Positions 61,709-64,000 of a stretch of 64,000 nucleotides of DNA are shown in pieces (the first letter of the stretch is position 1; the number at the start of each line of letters is the position of its first letter). The translations under genes and the position numbers were made by a program. The DNA comes from Lama glama. Taxonomy: Eukaryota. The stretch lies in assembly GCA_028534125.1 (NCBI GenBank), contig CM052817.1, forward strand, positions 2,110,001 to 2,174,000, read 5' to 3'. Under the pieces are notes generated by a model. That model saw nothing but the letters and a program-made list of their open reading frames with translations. It had not been told where the DNA came from and did no database searches.

Positions 61709-63113
61709 GAACAAGAAACTGGAGACTGGGGAGCACGCTGCTCCTCCATTTAGCTGCTTCCTGGAGGGTCACTGGACGTGGCAGGGAGCGGCGCTGTCTC
61801 CCAGGACCAGGCCGGGTGGGGGCTTGTCGGGGTCGGGGGTCAGGAGCAGAGCATCGGTGCCCAAGGGAAGCAAGCCCGGAGGGGGCACATGCGGCCCGGA
61901 GCCGGCCTGTCTGGGCCTTGGCCTGCTGTGTGGCCCTGGATAGGTGGTTGCCCCCCTGTCTGCTTACCTGCGTGAGGACGGCCTCACGGGGGCCCTGCTG
62001 TGCGGCTGACGTAAGTGCGGTGCAGGTCTGGCGTGTGCTGCAGGACGGTGCCTGGCATCAGGCAAGTCCGCATGGGTGAGAATTGTGACCGCCCTGGCCA
62101 GGCACTGCGGGCTGCTTCTTGCGACCCCCTTACCAAATCCTCCCAGTGCAGCCCATCAGCCCCGAACCACATCTTGCCCCACCCCACCGGTCATCCTCCC
62201 GCTGCACCGGGGCACGCCTGCCTTGGAGCCTTCGCACACGCTGCCCAGTGCCCAGCTGCCCGAGCCACGTCCCTGTGGCTCACTCCCTACCGCCTGGGTC
62301 TCTGCCCGCAGGCCAGCTTCGCAGCAGGCTCTCAGTGCTGAACTGCAGCAGGTGTCCCCCCGGACCCCCCCGCCCCTTGCTTCCTCCTCGTTATTGCTCC
62401 CCATGCTTGTACCTGTGTCCGCCTGCTCCTTGCTTCCCTGACTTTGCCCTCGCCTGCCCTCCCGGGAGGGCTAGCCGTGTAGGCTTCTGTGCATTTGTCC
62501 CTTGCTCCTACAATACTTCCTGCCCTCATAGCGGGTTTGTGGAGCAAAGGAATGTGTCAACGAGTGTAAAATGTGTTCCACGGAGTGAACTGCAGTGGGG
62601 TGACCTGTGGGGGAGCTGAGCTGAGCCACAAACCCAATTTTCTAGTCTCTGAGGCCTGGAGGGAAGGCCCCAGGCAGCATGAGGCCTGTCTAGGGGAAAG
62701 GGGGCACCTGCAGGTGACTGGGGAGGGGCCTGGGGCAGGGAGGACAGAGCCAGGCCAGGCCCAGGCAGAAGAGACTTTCCAGGCGAGCTGCATCAGGCGT
62801 CCGGGCTTGGTCCCATGGACAGTGGGGAGCCCAGAGGGCTGTGATGGGGTCAGACCGTCACTGGAGAAGGTGGCTGCTGGGGGTGGGTGGGCTGGAGGGG
62901 CAGGGTTGGGGCTGGCACAGTGCAGGTCAAGGTGGCAGAGCCAAGCACGTGCACAGATGGCAAGATGCTCCCCGGATGAGGAGGCTGTGGCCGAGGCCAT
63001 CTGACCATGCTGGACTCAGAGCAGCGGAGAGGGCCTCCTCTGTGCAGCGCCGGGCTGGGCCCTGCCGGGCCATCAGGCAGAGGGGGCCGAGAGCTCTGTG
63101 TGGTTCCCCTGCC

Positions 63114-63115
<2 letters not shown>

Positions 63116-63158
<43 letters not shown>

Positions 63159-63160
63159 TG
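63116..63160 (+). repeat. (TG)n microsatellite
   Basis: Perfect TG run at 63117-63150, then tatgtgtgtg. Confidence 0.97.
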
Positions 63161-64000
63161 AGAGAGGGAGAGACAGGAGGCAGGCGGTGGGGAGGACCAG
63201 GAGGGGCGCTGGCCATGTCAGCTCTGTTCCCCTAGATCAGGCCGGTAGTGAGCTTGCTGCCCAGGGAGGCATGTAACCCCTCCTTCTTCCTCCACGTCAC
63301 TCCTCCCTTACTCCTTTCTTCTTGAGGGAGGCAGGGGAGCCGCTCTGGGGGGCCTGATGTCTGAAGAGCCCCGGCGGCCCCTGCCTGGCCTCCACCAGCC
63401 CCACTGGCTGCACGGGTGCGAGGCCTGGTCCCGTGGAGCCCACGCCCTGCGGCCCTGGGCAGGGAGGTCTAGGGGATGGACAAGCTGAGCAGGGAGGAAG
63501 GGGCCCCTCTTGCTCACCAGCCCCCCTTGAAGCTGCCGCATGGACCCTTGTGTGCGCCCTGCTGCAGTGCCGGGGCGCCCGGAGCAGCTAGGGTGTGCCC
63601 TCCAGGGGGTGCTCGGTCACAAGACCGAGAGGCATCTCATGGACAGATGGGTGTGGGGGAGGCGGGCTGGCAGAGGGGTCCTCGTGCGCACCCTTCCCTC
63701 AAAGGCAGGAAGGTCTCCTGCTGAGCGAGCCCAGGGCTGGTGTGATCGGGGGAGGATGGAGGGGCTCACAGGGGTGACCGCCCTGGGCCCTGGGGGGACA
63801 GGCAGAGGAGCCTTCGTAGCTGAGCTCAGGGGCAAAGGACCACAGTCGCCCAGATGTCCCCTGCAGCTGCGGGACAGCCAGGCACTCCCCACAGGCCGGC
63901 TCCCAGCAGGCAGGGCGCAGTGAGGGCCCAACCTGTGGCTTGCTTGTTTAAAGCGGTGTGGGCTGAGGGAGGCATTGGCTGTGGGAGCAGCTTCAGAGGG

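Noticed and set aside
1..64000. CRISPR array, operon or prokaryotic defence system
   Set aside because: The sequence is clearly mammalian (spliced genes, L1/L2/LTR repeats), and I saw no repeat-spacer array.

Overview
This is GC-rich mammalian genomic DNA, most likely from a camelid, judged from a vic-1-type tRNA-derived SINE and the style of the L1 3' ends. It is syntenic to the human DOK7-LRPAP1 locus. The window holds the complete 8-exon LRPAP1 (RAP) gene on the minus strand (CDS 31809 to 10623; 1098 nt, 365 aa, all introns GT-AG, C-terminal HNEL) with a CpG-island promoter. It also holds two plus-strand exons (3515-3643, 3912-4048) that match the alternative extended C-terminus of DOK7, a 3'-truncated RPL12 retrocopy nested in an L1 in LRPAP1 intron 7, many L1/L2/LTR/DNA-transposon remnants, simple repeats and a 500-N assembly gap. 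From about 33 kb to 64 kb I see no protein-coding gene; nearly all ORFs in the supplied track are artefacts of high GC. I found no convincing new multi-gene system. The most interesting signals are (1) a FRS2/GAB1-like GRB2 plus tandem SHP2-type tyrosine module in the DOK7 alternative tail, (2) pervasive AT-to-GC rewriting of transposon remnants, and (3) the atypical RPL12/L1 chimera. All family assignments are by eye and from memory of consensus sequences; no database search was run.
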